DNA from: Lytechinus pictus
Taxonomy: Eukaryota
DNA: 64,000 nt
Reading direction: 5' to 3'
Assembly (NCBI RefSeq): GCF_037042905.1
Contig: NC_087250.1
Coordinates: 17,238,001 to 17,302,000 of the forward strand
Positions 25,210 through 38,515 of the stretch are shown in pieces. Within the stretch, counting starts at the first letter, position 1. Each line of letters opens with the position of its first letter. Made by a program: the position numbers and the translations under genes. Under the pieces are notes generated by a model. That model ran no database searches. It saw only the letters and a list, made by a program, of their open reading frames with translations, and was not told the origin of the DNA.

Positions 25210-27170
25210 CAGTGGCGGATCCAGGGGGGTGGCGCAGGGGGCGCGCGCCCCCCCCCCCCTAATATTTGAGCGGCGCCGAAGGCGCCGCTCAAAAAAAATA
25301 AAAGAAAAGTAAAAGAAAGAAAAGGCGCTGCTTGAAAAAATAAAAATATAGGAAAGAAAAGAAAAGGCGCCGCTTAAAAAAATTATACACTGATATAATA
25401 TTAGCAACAGTAAGGAAAGACTATCCCCCAGCAAAGCACAATCATATCATCTTCCTTATCTTTTCTTTTAACTACCCTTTTCCCAACAACTTCGCCGGTT
25501 AAAAATAATCAGCAGTGCGCTGCCTGCATATAACTGGCGCCAATCAAGAATAATCAGCGCCACCTTAATCTAAATCGGCGCCGGACAATAATAATCAGCG
25601 CCATTTGGTTATAAATCGGCGCCGGTACAGAAAAATCGACGCTGCCTGAGTTCTAAACCGGCGCCGATCAAGGATAATCAGCGCCACCTAAATCTAAATC
25701 GGCACCGGGCAAGAATAAACGGCGCCATCTCGTTATAAATCGGCGCCGGTAAAGAAAAATCGGCGCTGCCTGAGTTCGTAACCGGCGCCGATCAAGGATA
25801 ATCAGCGCCACCTATATCTAAATCGGCGCCGGACAAGAATAATTAGCACCACCTGGTTAAAAATCGGCGCCAGTCAAGAATAATCGGCGCCTCCTGGTTC
25901 TAAATCGGCGCCAGTCAATAATATGAATTGCCGCTGCCTGAATCTTACGTGACGTCGGTAAAAATAATCAGCACTACTTGTTCTAAATCGGCGCCGGTCA
26001 AAAATAATCAGCGTCCCCTGGTTCCAATAAATAGGCGCCGGTAGAATAATGAAGAAGGGCCTATTGCCAACCAAATCTAGATCGGCGCCGGTCAAGAATG
26101 ATCAGTGGCACCTGGTTATACATTTTATTGTTGAATGGTCATAACAAAGCTTATCGCATGCCCTTACAGAGTGGACTGGGGCGGGGCAGTTGCCCACAGA
26201 ATGACAGATGTCATGAAATCTTTAATTTATTTAAAAAATCCCAGAATCATACAAAAGCGTAGAGCACATCCTTTAATTTTGATCTTATTTTCCAATGCTT
26301 TAATAAAAAGAAGGTCAGTCACTTTTCTTCTTTACACATTCCACATTGTGCTACCTCTATGGCCTTTAGTTTAAGACAGCTACTATAGTGTTGTGTAAGA
26401 TGATTCGATATTTTAGCCCAAAACTTTGCTAAAACCTGTTGCTAGTACCAGGAGTGTATAATTACGCAACCAGTCGTATATTGAGATTGAGCTACACAAC
26501 TCGTTCTTTATTTAAAATCGTGCTTAAATTATCCGCTTCTCAGATTGGAATATAAAAATTTTCAGCTCGCGCTTCGCGCTCGCATCATTTCTGTAGCAAA
26601 ACCCCATACTTTTCATGATTAAACAGGACTAAACGTCAAAAGAACTCCCGCTTCGATTTGCAATAATCTTTTGCTGGATATAATCTTGTTCTTTATTACA
26701 AACGTCCATTAAACTGTCATTTTTTTTTCAAATCGAAATATCAAAATTTTAAGTTCGCGCTTCGGGCTCGCATCTATTGTTTTTTTAGATACCCATCTTA
26801 ATCATTGGTACCAAAAATGCATAGAATATCAAGCTTTCTGGTCAGAATATAAAGAAATTTCAGCTCGCCCTCGGCACTCGCATTATCTGTGTAGTGAGAT
26901 ATGTATCCTCCTCATGAGTTACTACAAACAGTCCTAAACAGGCACCTTTTTCCTGTTTTCAGGTCAGTATACTAAAAATTTCAGCTCGCGCTTCGCGCTC
27001 GCATTAATTTGTTGGTGAGATATGTGTTTCTATCTCATGAGTCATATAAATATATATATATATATGTGTGTGTTTGTGTGAGTTTGTTTGTTTTGTGTGA
27101 TATCGAGCGCCTTTGGAAAGTTGATTCATGATTTGCCCCCCAAATCTTAAAGAAAGGATCGACGCCCCTG
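25210..27170 (+). mobile_element. CAG..CTG non-autonomous element with internal minisatellite
   Basis: Ends cagtggcggatcc / ggatcgacgcccctg and internal GCTCGCGCTTCGCGCTCGCA repeats. No clear TSD. Confidence 0.65.
25490..26120. repeat. GGCGCC-containing minisatellite (~40-bp unit, ~120-bp higher-order period)
   Basis: Repeated aaatcggcgccgg..aagaataatcagcgccacct units. The block gctgcctgagttc..aaccggcgccgatcaaggataatcagcgccaccta recurs about 123 bp apart. Confidence 0.85.
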
Positions 27171-28599
27171 TGTGTATATATATACATAGTAAAAAAAACT
27201 TGTATCTCTATTAATATACAACAGTATTGGCCTCATCGCAATAAAAGGGTTAATACACGAGATTTTGAAATCGCACATAACATGCATAATTTGTGTTACT
27301 TTTTGCTTGTTTCTTTCTTTAATAAGTTTTTCAATCTCTCTCTATACATGTTTTTAGAAAGATTATATGTTTAAATTGATGTATATTTCTGTTATAATGA
27401 GATATGTTTAAGTGGACTTCAGGGAATGGTCGTACGCAGCAAGGGGGAAGGAGGGGGGGGGGGCACATTCGCGATCTGCTGTTGTGAAAAACAATTTTTT
27501 TTTTCCTTAACATTTCATGAAAACTATATGAAAAATGTGCAAATGTGAGATGTGCACCAAATTTTCGAGTCTTGCCCCCCCCCCCGGAAATATTATCTGC
27601 GTGTGGTCATGCAAAATGGCATGACTGAAAATCCTACATTTCTTGCTGAAGGAAAACAGGCCACGGCCAGGATTCGAACCCACGACGGTCTGTTTGAAAA
27701 GCAAGAGTCAGAACCACTAGACCACGCCACGGCCAGGATTCGAACCCACGACGGTCTGTTTGAAAAGCCAGAGTCAGAACCACTAGACCACGACCCGCCC
27801 ATGAATGGGTAAAGTGAAAGTGGTGTGAGGAGGTGTGTGGGTGCGTGCGTATTTACCCTTATACCCTTGCCATATATTCTCCCATTCACACGAATCAATG
27901 ATATGAAGTAAATTTTGTTGTTGCGGCCTTTTTTTTCTAAATCATGATGAACTTTATATGAAAAAGAAAACATTCTTGACATTATTTTAGATTAAAATAA
28001 ATGTACCTGATGAAAAAAAATCGATTCATGTGCCATAAGTACATGAAACTAAATTCTTTGCATAAATGTAATGGGACAATATGAAATGTGGGCATGAGAA
28101 TATGCACATTTTACCCCCCGAATGAATTATATAGGTTTTACTGTGAATTTTTATCAGAATCTGCATTAAAAAGAAAACAAAAAAATATACCAACATGCTG
28201 AAAGAATGATTTATACATGTGCTGAAAGAATGATTTATAACCATGTATAAATCATTCTTTCTAGCGCAGGGGTTTGTTGCATAAAAATGGAGCAAAAGTT
28301 AGTTGTTGATTTGATGGTGGGTTTTTAGAGATATGAGAAATTTAAGTGAAATAATAATAATAAAGATTCAGTTTCAACGTAAGCCTGATTTTGCATGATT
28401 ATTTTAAAAAAGAGCATAAACGAAAACGAAAAAGAATGCCCAAATGTTGTTAATGTTTGCATATTTCTGAATTTCACTTCCTTAACATCGGCGCAAAGAG
28501 TGTGCCGGTGGGAATTTGAAAAAAAAAATCAAGTTTTTTTTAATGCTCTTTGATTCACACATGACTCTTTTTTTTTTGGGGGGGGGGTACTGCGTGTAT

Positions 28600-29047
28600 T
28601 ATAGACCAGTTCGAAGTTACTTCATGGACAATTTTGGTCAAATTAACTTTCATTTCTTTCATTAAGATAGGCAGATTTCAAAGCAAGATAGTACGTACGC
28701 ATGCCTTACATAGCGAGATGAAGAAATTGAATAGACCAGGTGACTAGAATAGCACATCAATGAACACTCTATGAAGGTATTTGTTGCATTTCTACTTTGA
28801 ATGCATATTAGAGGACGTTGTACTTGGCAAACTGTGAAATATACCAGTCATTCTTGGACGCATTGTTTTTTGTGGATGTGAATGAAAAACACAATTCAAA
28901 AGAATATATGAATAATCCAGACATCGAAGTTGGTGCTTATCTCATTAAATTTTTAAACCACTATTTCACTTTAGTACAAACGACCTTCCTCTAATCATGC
29001 GCGGAATCCTCTGATCATGCGCAGAGTGGAACTACGAACTGGCTTAT
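28600..29047. mobile_element. MITE
   Basis: TIR tagaccagttcgaagttac / ggaactacgaactggctta. Confidence 0.55.
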
Positions 29048-30372
29048 TCTCCATAGGCAGCACCCCATTTATTCTGGAAGATGTGTAATAATGAGAAAAT
29101 GTAACGAGAATGACCTTTATTTAGTAGTGAAACCCTTTTTTAGTATGCTTTTCAAATTTCTCGGGACCAAACATTTTGTAGTGAAAACTTTTTTTTTTCC
29201 TTTTCAAATTTACATCAGCACCTCCAGGAGAAAAAAATCGTTCCCTGGACACTGATACTAATGAGATTATATTGATTAAAGTATTTGGCTAACCCTAAAT
29301 TTTTTATCTCATTTGTAATTTAAAATCTGAAGGAGTTTTGACGAATTTGCGCGGGAAAACCTTGTTTCCTGGGCATGAAAAAATGCTTCCCATACGTTCG
29401 TTGATCTCCATGTAGTAAACCTCTCGTGGGTTAAATACTGTTTATCTTTCGCTAATTTTTTAAACAAAAATAATGGACTGTTAAAAAGTACGTACTGAGA
29501 CGCACAGAAAATCTTAAATATCCATAGTGACCTTAAAGTTTCGCAAATGGTGGGCACATTGAAGTAAAAAAAAATCAAAAACTTTTGCCACTTGGATTCC
29601 AATGAATTATTAATAACAAAAACAACAAAGTCATGGAATATTATTCCCCCCTTCCCCATTTCTGCCTTTAAATGCCATTTAAGTTTCCATTCCTTGTATA
29701 GTTATCTTCATTTAAATATTTCTTAATTTGTACAGCAAAATTTTATATTATTCGCCTAAACTTAATATTATTTCTAAAACAGCAACCCCATTTCGCTCTT
29801 TATACCCCTTCTTCCCCCTCTCCACCCCCTCTCTTTCTTTCTCGCTCTCTCTCTCTCCCTCTCTCTAAATATCTATCTCGATATTTCAATCTTTTCCTTT
29901 AAGGACTTTTGCATGGTTGTATATATAACACAAGTCTTCGAAATAAAAAATTAAGGCCAAAGAATATGTGTCATTACAGCACCAAGACCATGCATTTGTA
30001 CCAAATGCATTTGTAATATAAAGACCGCCTTCCTCCTACCCCCCCCCCCCTTATCTTGTATTCCTCGCGTTCAATGAACACCCCTTTCACACACAAATAC
30101 ACACAATGACTTTGCACACACATCCTGCATGTGACAAATAAGCATTTTTTTCTGCATTTCACTTCCTTCTTTATCATATCATCTCTTTCCCCTTTCTCTT
30201 TCTATATAGAACCGGCACATTCTTCTTCACATATCTCTTATCTTTCTATTATTCTTTCTCTCTCCCTCCCCCTCTTTAAAACTCACCTCGCTACTTCTCT
30301 AATGCCCTTTCTCTCTCACTCTCCCAATCTCTCTCTCTTTCTTTCTTCTCTACTTCCCTTCGTCTGTCAACA

Positions 30373-31285
30373 TTTGATTTGATTTGATTTATTTATTTCT
30401 GTTTCACAATTGTACATAATATGATAAACATAACATAGCAAGGTCGAAAATACTACAAGACAAAATATAATATATATGACATAATCATAGATTTAAGGAA
30501 CACAATTCAGTAAATAAAGATATCTCAAATGACATTTGTATTTAAAAGTAAAACGGAGGGACTTGCCGAAAAAAAGCAAAGCTTGTACAAGAGACGAGCC
30601 CCTATCTTAGTTACATTACAAAATTACAACAAATAAATATTGGGTCTTAATAATAATTTTGTTTAAAAATAAATACAAACAATTTTTGTGCACTTGACAA
30701 AAACGTAACTGATGGATCGTGTGAGAAAAAATTACGTTTTACAATATTATAAGAGAGGGGGAGGTGAGGGGGGGGGACAGGAGGGACAGAGGAGTGCAGT
30801 ACACTAAGTAGAAAGAAAGAAGAAGGCGGGCAGCAGGAGCAGGTACTTTGGCTAATTGCAATTTTAAGAAGAAAATATAATACGCATATACACAAAAGTC
30901 GAGTATAATTAGATTAGTTATTCAGCTTGACCTGTTTGCGACGAGTATTGCAGAATTAACATTTTTTTCAGTTTGCGTTTAAAAATATTTACATTGGGGG
31001 ATTCTTTGAAATCTTGAGGCAGAGAGTTCCAGTAGGCAGGCCCAGAGAAGACAAATGAATTCTTTGCAAATAAAGTTCTTGTTAGAGGAAGGTGATAATA
31101 TTGTCGTTGCCTTGTTGGGTGGCAGTGTATGGATGTATTTTTACGGTACATATTAGAGAAAATGGCGGGAAGGTCGTCCTTGCTTAATTTGAACATAAAT
31201 TGACTAAGTTCGAAAAGATATATGTCACTTACTTTAAGAATGTTATTTTCAAAAAATAAGATATCAATATGTGATCTAAAGTGTG
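30373..31285 (-). mobile_element. CR1-group LINE 3' fragment
   Basis: ORF 30918-31196(-) ...HCHPTRQ..YHLP..RT..AKNSF.FSGPAYWNSLP...FKRKLK resembles the C-terminus of the 47.8-kb LINE ORF. It has a 3'UTR and an (AAATC)n tail at ~30373-30395. Confidence 0.85.
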
Positions 31286-31876
31286 TTCGTTCTATATATT
31301 ATTTTTCAACCATTCCTGCATGTCCTTTATACTCCTTTGTAGATTTAAAAAAATGAACTGCATATACAGCTGTTTATATATATATATATATATATATATA
31401 TTTACATTTACTTCATTTATGCTGACAAAATTAGTTGATTATAAAATTACATGATTATTTGTGCATTGCCATTCTCATCGCCATGGTGATGACCTCAAAA
31501 TACACCCTGCAAAGATTCTGATCAATTTGTAAACATTTATTCAGATCGGTTGATACTTGGTGTTTAGATCAGTAATGTGTATATATGTACATTATGGTAG
31601 TGGATTGGCAAACTTCTCTCGATAAGTACATAAGTACTATTGCCATAACCCATGGTTAAGATATTTCCTTTCTATTTTCACATGACTATTTTCTGCTCTC
31701 AAGTAGGTCAAAATTATTTCGTCTTGATTAAAGTCTATATCCTAAAACATTGGCTTTTTCTATTTGACAGCAAGTGTTAGTAATTCACAACAAAACATAA
31801 TGGAAATATATTTTATTTAACACAAAACGTATACTTTCTACTCATTTTGCAATATACACTTAAAATAATAAACCAT

Positions 31877-32131
31877 TACACACTGTAAAAACTGTGGTGT
31901 TAAAACTGACACCAGTTGGTGTTAATAGAGGACCACACCCTACAATGCCCTAAGGTGTTGAAATTACATCCTAGAGATTGAACATAACACCAAAGAGTGT
32001 TAAAGTAACAACCAAAGGTGTTGTAATAACACCTATAGGTGTTAAACTAACACTGTCAATTTAACACCGGTGTAAAATAACTGATGTGGTCCTCTATGTA
32101 CACCGGTTAACACCACAGTTTTTGCTGTGCA
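31877..32131. mobile_element. MITE
   Basis: TIR tacacactgtaaaaactgtggtgttaa / ttaacaccacagtttttgctgtgca. A related remnant lies at ~58277-58500. Confidence 0.75.
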
Positions 32132-34394
32132 TCATTATAATTGTTTACATTACGTCAAAATAGAGATGTGCACTATCTACATTAGTTTTTTTTTCTAGTT
32201 TTATGAAGCGAATTGTAATCAGCTGTATAAGATCAAACAACAAATATTGAGCAAAAAAAAAGCTGGGATTGTCAAGCGTTGCATTCGACAGTTCACATAA
32301 TAACAGTGCTTCTCAGGCAATCAAAATCAAGAAAAGTCGTTAAATCTGACCATGGACATGATCTTACATATTGCCGGAAGAAAATGTTGATATACAGTGC
32401 GTATAAAAAAAAACGGGACAGATTTGAAAAGTCTATCATTTTTTTGTTTCAACTTAAATTTACTTTGCCCGCCGCATCCCCGCCCCTCCCTTCAATGTTT
32501 CCTTGCAGCGCCCCTAGTCTAGACTCAATTAATGAGATAAATTAATCAACAAGAGAGCTATTAAAAGGTTGAACAGAAGGAAAAAATCTTGAATTCCCCG
32601 ATACTGTAAATATTTTATTCTTAATCTTAAGTTTTAAAAGGTTGTTGCTCCTTCTTGGTGAATCACAAATCAAGTATTTTATTTCTTGCATAAAGCATTT
32701 TTTTTTGGGGGGTAAGAAAATTCAGGACATGGATGAATATGGCACTCTGTGATCATGGTGATGTAATCAATAATGTAATTTATCTTGACAAGGTGATGTA
32801 TTTAGTGCGTCCCAGAGAAAGAAAAAGGGAAAAAAATCACCAGAAACGTACCGGAATAGGAAATGGACATAAATACTTTTTTCCTGTTTTTATTATAACA
32901 AATTGAAATAAATCACAAAATTTACAAATGATTATTAGGTGATTGCAAACCACATAAACACAAGTTTGTTACACAAAAAAGACAAAATAACAACCGTAAT
33001 AATAAAAAATAAAAAAAAACCTACCAACTTATCCTCCCCCACCCCCCAAAAAAGGAACGTGGCCAAGGAATGACTTAATATCAGTGTTATCTAAACAAAG
33101 ATAGGTGATTTGGTAAATAAAGTAGACAAAACAAAATATACCAGCTATGATTATGAAATGGTTTCCCAACAACTATTGATGGGATTAAAAAACACAACTG
33201 GTTATCCAAGACGACATAATTATGGAGGTTTTTAAACGAACAAGTATATCAAGGAATGGACATAAAGACTTAAATACACCATCACATTATTGTTCTCTTT
33301 TGTTCTTTCCCTTTCGTCTTTCTTAGGCAATTAGGCCAGCACTCAATGGCAGAGAATAGGACTGAAGCCCCCTTTTTTCAGGTGGGAGGAAGGTGGTGTA
33401 AAATAAGAACACCATCCCAAGCCACGCGCATGACTAATGTAGGGGGATGGAACTGACAAATTCAAGAGCGCTGTCATCACCACCATGGTGGAATCATTTC
33501 TTTTTTAAAAATCTATTGACTCATTGCACTTGAAATAAAGAGAACTATGCAATTGTCTTTCATGATTACAAACTTACTGACGGTAATTTATATCCCTACT
33601 GAAAATACATGCGGAGTGCCCGGGGGGGGGGGGAATCGTAGACAGTGGGTTTGTGCCACGGAGGGGACCCCCGTTTTTACAATCGATTTTCCGTTCCGAA
33701 GCATACCATTTTCCCCTCGGCAAGGTGCCAAATAAAATTCGTCCCGAGGCATGAGGAATTGTTTTCCTTCTGCTCCAGGGGATACCACTTTCCGGATTTC
33801 CAACATTGTGAATCGTGTGCGACTTTGACGTTAAGCAGCAATGTTTGATATAATTATATCGCTTCGCAATTGAACATGTTGTTTTCTAAAAACATTGATA
33901 TATTCTTTTGCTCTTGTTTTTTTTTTTTTACAAAGATAGGTCTAAAAGTAAAATATATTCTTAAATATGATGGCTACCTTTCATTTACAAGATAAATCAC
34001 GTCACTTCATTAACTGGCACATTGTAGGCCTACCCTCCGACTTGTATTATCCAGAGACTGTGGAACCGGGGCCCGTGTGGGCTTCATCCCCCTTTTTTTC
34101 CAAAACCATTTACAAAAAAAGCAAAAATGGCAATCTGACTATGATTGTTTTTGTTTGCATGGTCAGCCCATTAATTTTACCGGTCTGCAACTGGATGCTT
34201 ATATCAACAAATATTAAAGTGTTATTTAAAGATATTTATGCCCTGGAAGTAAGCCTATTTTCAAGCTTTTGATCCTTTTTTGTGTTCAGTGCTGAAATAC
34301 AAAACTCAACCCTCAAAACTATATTCACCTTTTCTGTAACAATTCGAGGTGATAGTCAAAGTTACGATACAATGGAATTGATAATTCTGTGTTC

Positions 34395-34738
34395 TGTGGC
34401 GCCTGCAGCGCGGCGCCGCGGATCGAGTCGTTGCATGCATGCGATGAATGGTGGTAAAACGCATCGACAGCTGCATGCATGCATGCACTGAGAAGAGTTG
34501 CACATTCGTTAGCGTGCGGACTCCTGTGCACTACTGGTACTCACAATCGACACAGAACAGACTCTGAATGGGTGCTTTTAAGCAACAGCGCTGAATGACT
34601 GATAGAATACATCTAAATTGTTTAATTTGGAAAGGATTTCTTGCCTCAACCCCAACCGGAGACCGTATTTGTTGCCACCTTTTATTGTGCAAAAAAGGAG
34701 TTTAAGGATCATTTTAAAGCGGAACCATTCTATAAACG
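34395..34738 (+). promoter_or_regulatory. CpG-rich putative promoter/5'UTR
   Basis: Non-repetitive GC/CpG-rich patch (gcgcggcgccgcgg) with (TGCA)n runs, directly upstream of the candidate exon. Confidence 0.4.
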
Positions 34739-34862
34739 ATGTCATCCACATTGGCGGCGGTGGAAGCAGTCCCCAGACGACCATCAGAACTGGGCAAGCT
34801 ACCTCGCCAGAGCGTAGGGGATGGGGGCGATGGGCCGGCCAGCGTGGATTTCGTGAAGACTG
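34739..34862 (+). CDS. Candidate first coding exon (possibly a cAMP-dependent protein kinase inhibitor, PKI-like)
   Basis: acgATG in a CpG-rich island, 41 open codons MSSTLAAVEAVPRRPSELGKLPRQSVGDGGDGPASVDFVKT plus one G, then a perfect donor GTGAGT at 34863. No downstream exon was identified in the window. Confidence 0.5.
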
Positions 34863-35505
34863 GTGAGTGACGAATCGTGCCATTTAATTTGCATCAGATT
34901 GGATTTGCCTTGTGTCGAAGGAGGGTAATACATTCTCGAGTCGACATTAAATATTCAAAAATGTCAGCGCATTAGATTGAACATGAGAATTTGGGAAGCT
35001 AGTCTCTATTGATTTGAAATGCGCAGTCATGCGGTTGCCTGGTTACGAGTGAACATTAATTCCATCTCTGGTCAAAAAGGCTCCATTTTTTTTCCAATTT
35101 ACATTGTAGGTACAACGCTGCGCAGACGAATTTCTGCAGAGGTGGAACAGTCTACCTAATCAACTCCCTGAAAGAAAATAAGATACAAACTATGAATTAA
35201 ACATACAATAATGTATTCTATAGTTGTTGCTTTTTTGTCAAATGACACATCTGTCTCGCAAAATTCATTCTGTAAATTTAAAATAGTCTAACAAATTAGC
35301 ACTGATAACGATGTATATAAAAAAAAAGATGTATGTAAAGTATCATTTTCAAAAAATGTTGATAATATGTAATGAGATCTTAATTGTACTTCCTTGTGTA
35401 GTATGTGTTACGATGTTAGTATCAGTGAAACCATGCGTTCCGATGTTAAGTCATCGCAATCCGGCTCTCTCGCAATTACTTTTTAGTCATCTATGCCTAT
35501 AACCC

Positions 35506-35541
<36 letters not shown>

Positions 35542-37134
35542 GATCTTTCATATATAATATATATAAGGAATCTTTCTATAGCCTAGATTGATATTCACTC
35601 TACCAAATTTCTAAGGTCTAGAAAAATCAAAACTCTTTAGAAAACATGATATTCAATAAAATAGAAAATGAATCATGAAATAACAATTTGTGCGTAGATA
35701 TAATAGGTTGTGGCCCAACATCATCAGTTAGTATTTATCATCATAAACATGGGCGGCGCCAGTGCATTGTTGTATGCAGGTGTTGTATGATTTCCTAAAG
35801 CTTAGTTTGATTAAAGCCTAAATTTTAATGAAAAAAATGCGCATAAATATACATAGTCTTCAAAACGTAAACCATTGTATGGTCACGCGACAAATCCGTA
35901 TACTTTTTATTCTTAGATGGTTTTAAGAAGCGTATTATTTCTAAACATTTTATTTTTTCAGCCATTTTTTAAAGCTCTGCTTTCTCCTTGGTCATCAGAA
36001 TTTAAAAAATTATGAATCCTATATTATTAAGTCTTTGAAAGAGATTAGTATAAAACATGTAGCGTGGTTCAAAGTTTACAAAAACAGGTTAGTACAGAAA
36101 GAAGAAATGGACGAAAAAGTCGTAGACATGTTAGAGAGAAAAATTGATTTCCAAGAGTCTCTTTAGAGCGTTACTGCATTCCTTTCAGAGCTATTTATAA
36201 AATCAGTTTCCTGTGCCACATTTGTGAATGAGTTTATTATTCATGGTCATGTGTGTGGGCGTGGCATAGACACTTTGAATATCGATTTCCGTGCAATTCT
36301 AGACCATGGCAATCCCATTGGGGAGACCATTTCCAGCAAACCAACCAGGGAAGGTTTTATGTCGCCAATCCAAGCAAATTCAATATCCACCGTTAAAAGA
36401 AATTCGTCTATGTATACCTTGTCTAGGGGGTGGCGCGGTTCAGTGGTAGGGCTGACAGCTCGTGGACTTCAAATTATTGGTTCGATTCCCTGTCGAGTGA
36501 TACAAGGTGTCGAGCATATAAGACTGATTTAAGGTTGTGGCATGATGATACAGGTTGACAATAATAAAGATTATGTTGAGCTGTAGAGGTGAAGTGTCAA
36601 AATTCATTTAAAAAATGCAGCAAAAGTATGTTGCAGAAGATGATTAATAATCTATTAGAGTAAAGAATATATAATAGAAAACGTCCAATTATCGTTTCCT
36701 TTTTTTTCTTCTGTTTTTCGTTCTCGTTATTGTTCTAGTTCTCTTTTTTTTCGCATCTTCTTTTTTATCATCATCAAGAACAATAACATCAGAGGTATTA
36801 TTCTATTGTACTATGTGTACTTGCATACTCACTATATATGTTATTATTTTATTTTCCTTCACTTACTTTCGTTTCGTTTCTTATTTTATTTTTTATTATT
36901 GTTTATCCGTATTCTATTACACGTCTTTATTATGTCCTTTAGCACCACATACAAGGCCTATTGGTCTACCCCATCTATATCATACGTTTGTTGCTACTGC
37001 TATTACCACTACAAATACTATTACAGCCTTAACCAGCATTATTACCCTTTTACATTATAAGCTGCTCATAGTCCTTCTTTGATTTTTTAAAACTTTCATT
37101 TCAAGTCCCCCGCCTCTATCATAATCTCAGTCAT

Positions 37135-37510
37135 GACCAACATCATCACCATCATCTTCATCAGCACCATCATCATTATCATTATAATCATCACCATTTA
37201 TGCCCCATCATCATCACCACCACCATCATCATCATCATCATCACCATTTTCATCATCATCATCAGCATCATCCTCATCATCATCATCATAATCACCACCT
37301 ACATTGTCCTCAACATCACCATCAACATCACCACCATCATCACCACCACCATCATCATCCTCATCACCATCATCATTCTCTTCATCACCATCATCATCAT
37401 CACCATCATCATCATCACCACAATCATCACCTCCATTATCCTCAACATCATCATCGCCATGATTACCACCTTCATCATCTCCACCATCATCATCATTCTC
37501 AACATCAACA
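37135..37510. repeat. (CAT/CAC)n microsatellite
   Basis: Imperfect trinucleotide run; the poly-His/Asp/Met ORFs here are artefacts of it. Confidence 0.95.
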
Positions 37511-38214
37511 TTTGATTTTTTTTTTATTTGATTTATTTCATTCTTCATAAAACATCACCACAGTAACCGTCAAAATGAACTCACAGTTTCGTCTATTTTA
37601 TTCTTGTCTATCGTCGACAACCTCGTATGTTTTACATTTCCAAGATTTCATGAAAAAGAATCGTCGGTTTTCTTTACTGTTTCCTTTTTTTTTGATTTAC
37701 CTTGGAATGACACTTTTCTCATTATTTTTTGCAAGTATACAATTCTTTTCGCCTATTGATCGGTGACAGACTAGACCTATATAGGAACGCACCACCAGGC
37801 GAGTAGAGGGTGATATAAATTAAATAATCAATATTTAAACGGAAAGAGTATACTCACATTAATGGCTTCCTTATACACTAGTCTATCCGCATACTTTTTT
37901 GACAGCTAGTCTGATATGTGTCTTAATTGGTGCAGCAGTCAGTGTACGAAAATTCGACGGAGTTTTTTTTACGTGAATTCGAGTTTGTCAAGCAATAAAC
38001 GTGAAATACCTAACATTTTAAATCATATCAGTTTGTGCAAAAGTATACATTTTTTTGCAAAACGAAGCTATTTTACTCACAGTCACGTATTTGAAGAGAA
38101 CGTTCTGGATGCTGAAAGGGATGAAGAAATAAAACTTCACTGATTCATCTCATGGGTTGAAATTTGTAAACAGATAAATTTCTTTCAAATGATCTTATGT
38201 CGCAGTCATGGTAT

Positions 38215-38515
38215 GAGTAGTAGTAGTAGAAGTAGTACTAGTAGTAGTAGTATTGGAATTATTATTGGTGGCTCTAGAACTATTAGTAGTAGTATTAGTA
38301 CCTACTACTTTCTCTTCTACTACTACTACTACTTCTACTTCTTCTTCTTCTTCTTCTACCACTAACTACTACTACTACTACAGCTACTGCTGTTGCTGCC
38401 GCTTCTACTGCTACTGATACTACTATTTCTACTACTTCTTCTACTACATGAAGGCCTACTACTACTACCACCACTACTATACTACTAATACTACTACTAC
38501 TATCCATCTACTACT
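38215..38515. repeat. (TAG)n switching to (CTA)n microsatellite
   Basis: agtagtagt... to about 38300, then ctactacta... Confidence 0.9.

Noticed and set aside
25490..26120. CRISPR-like array
   Set aside because: Units are contiguous degenerate tandem repeats without unique spacers, there are no cas genes, and the context is eukaryotic.
37198..37550. Poly-His, poly-Asp/Gly and poly-Met ORFs
   Set aside because: They are translations of a (CAT/CAC)n microsatellite with no splice or domain support.
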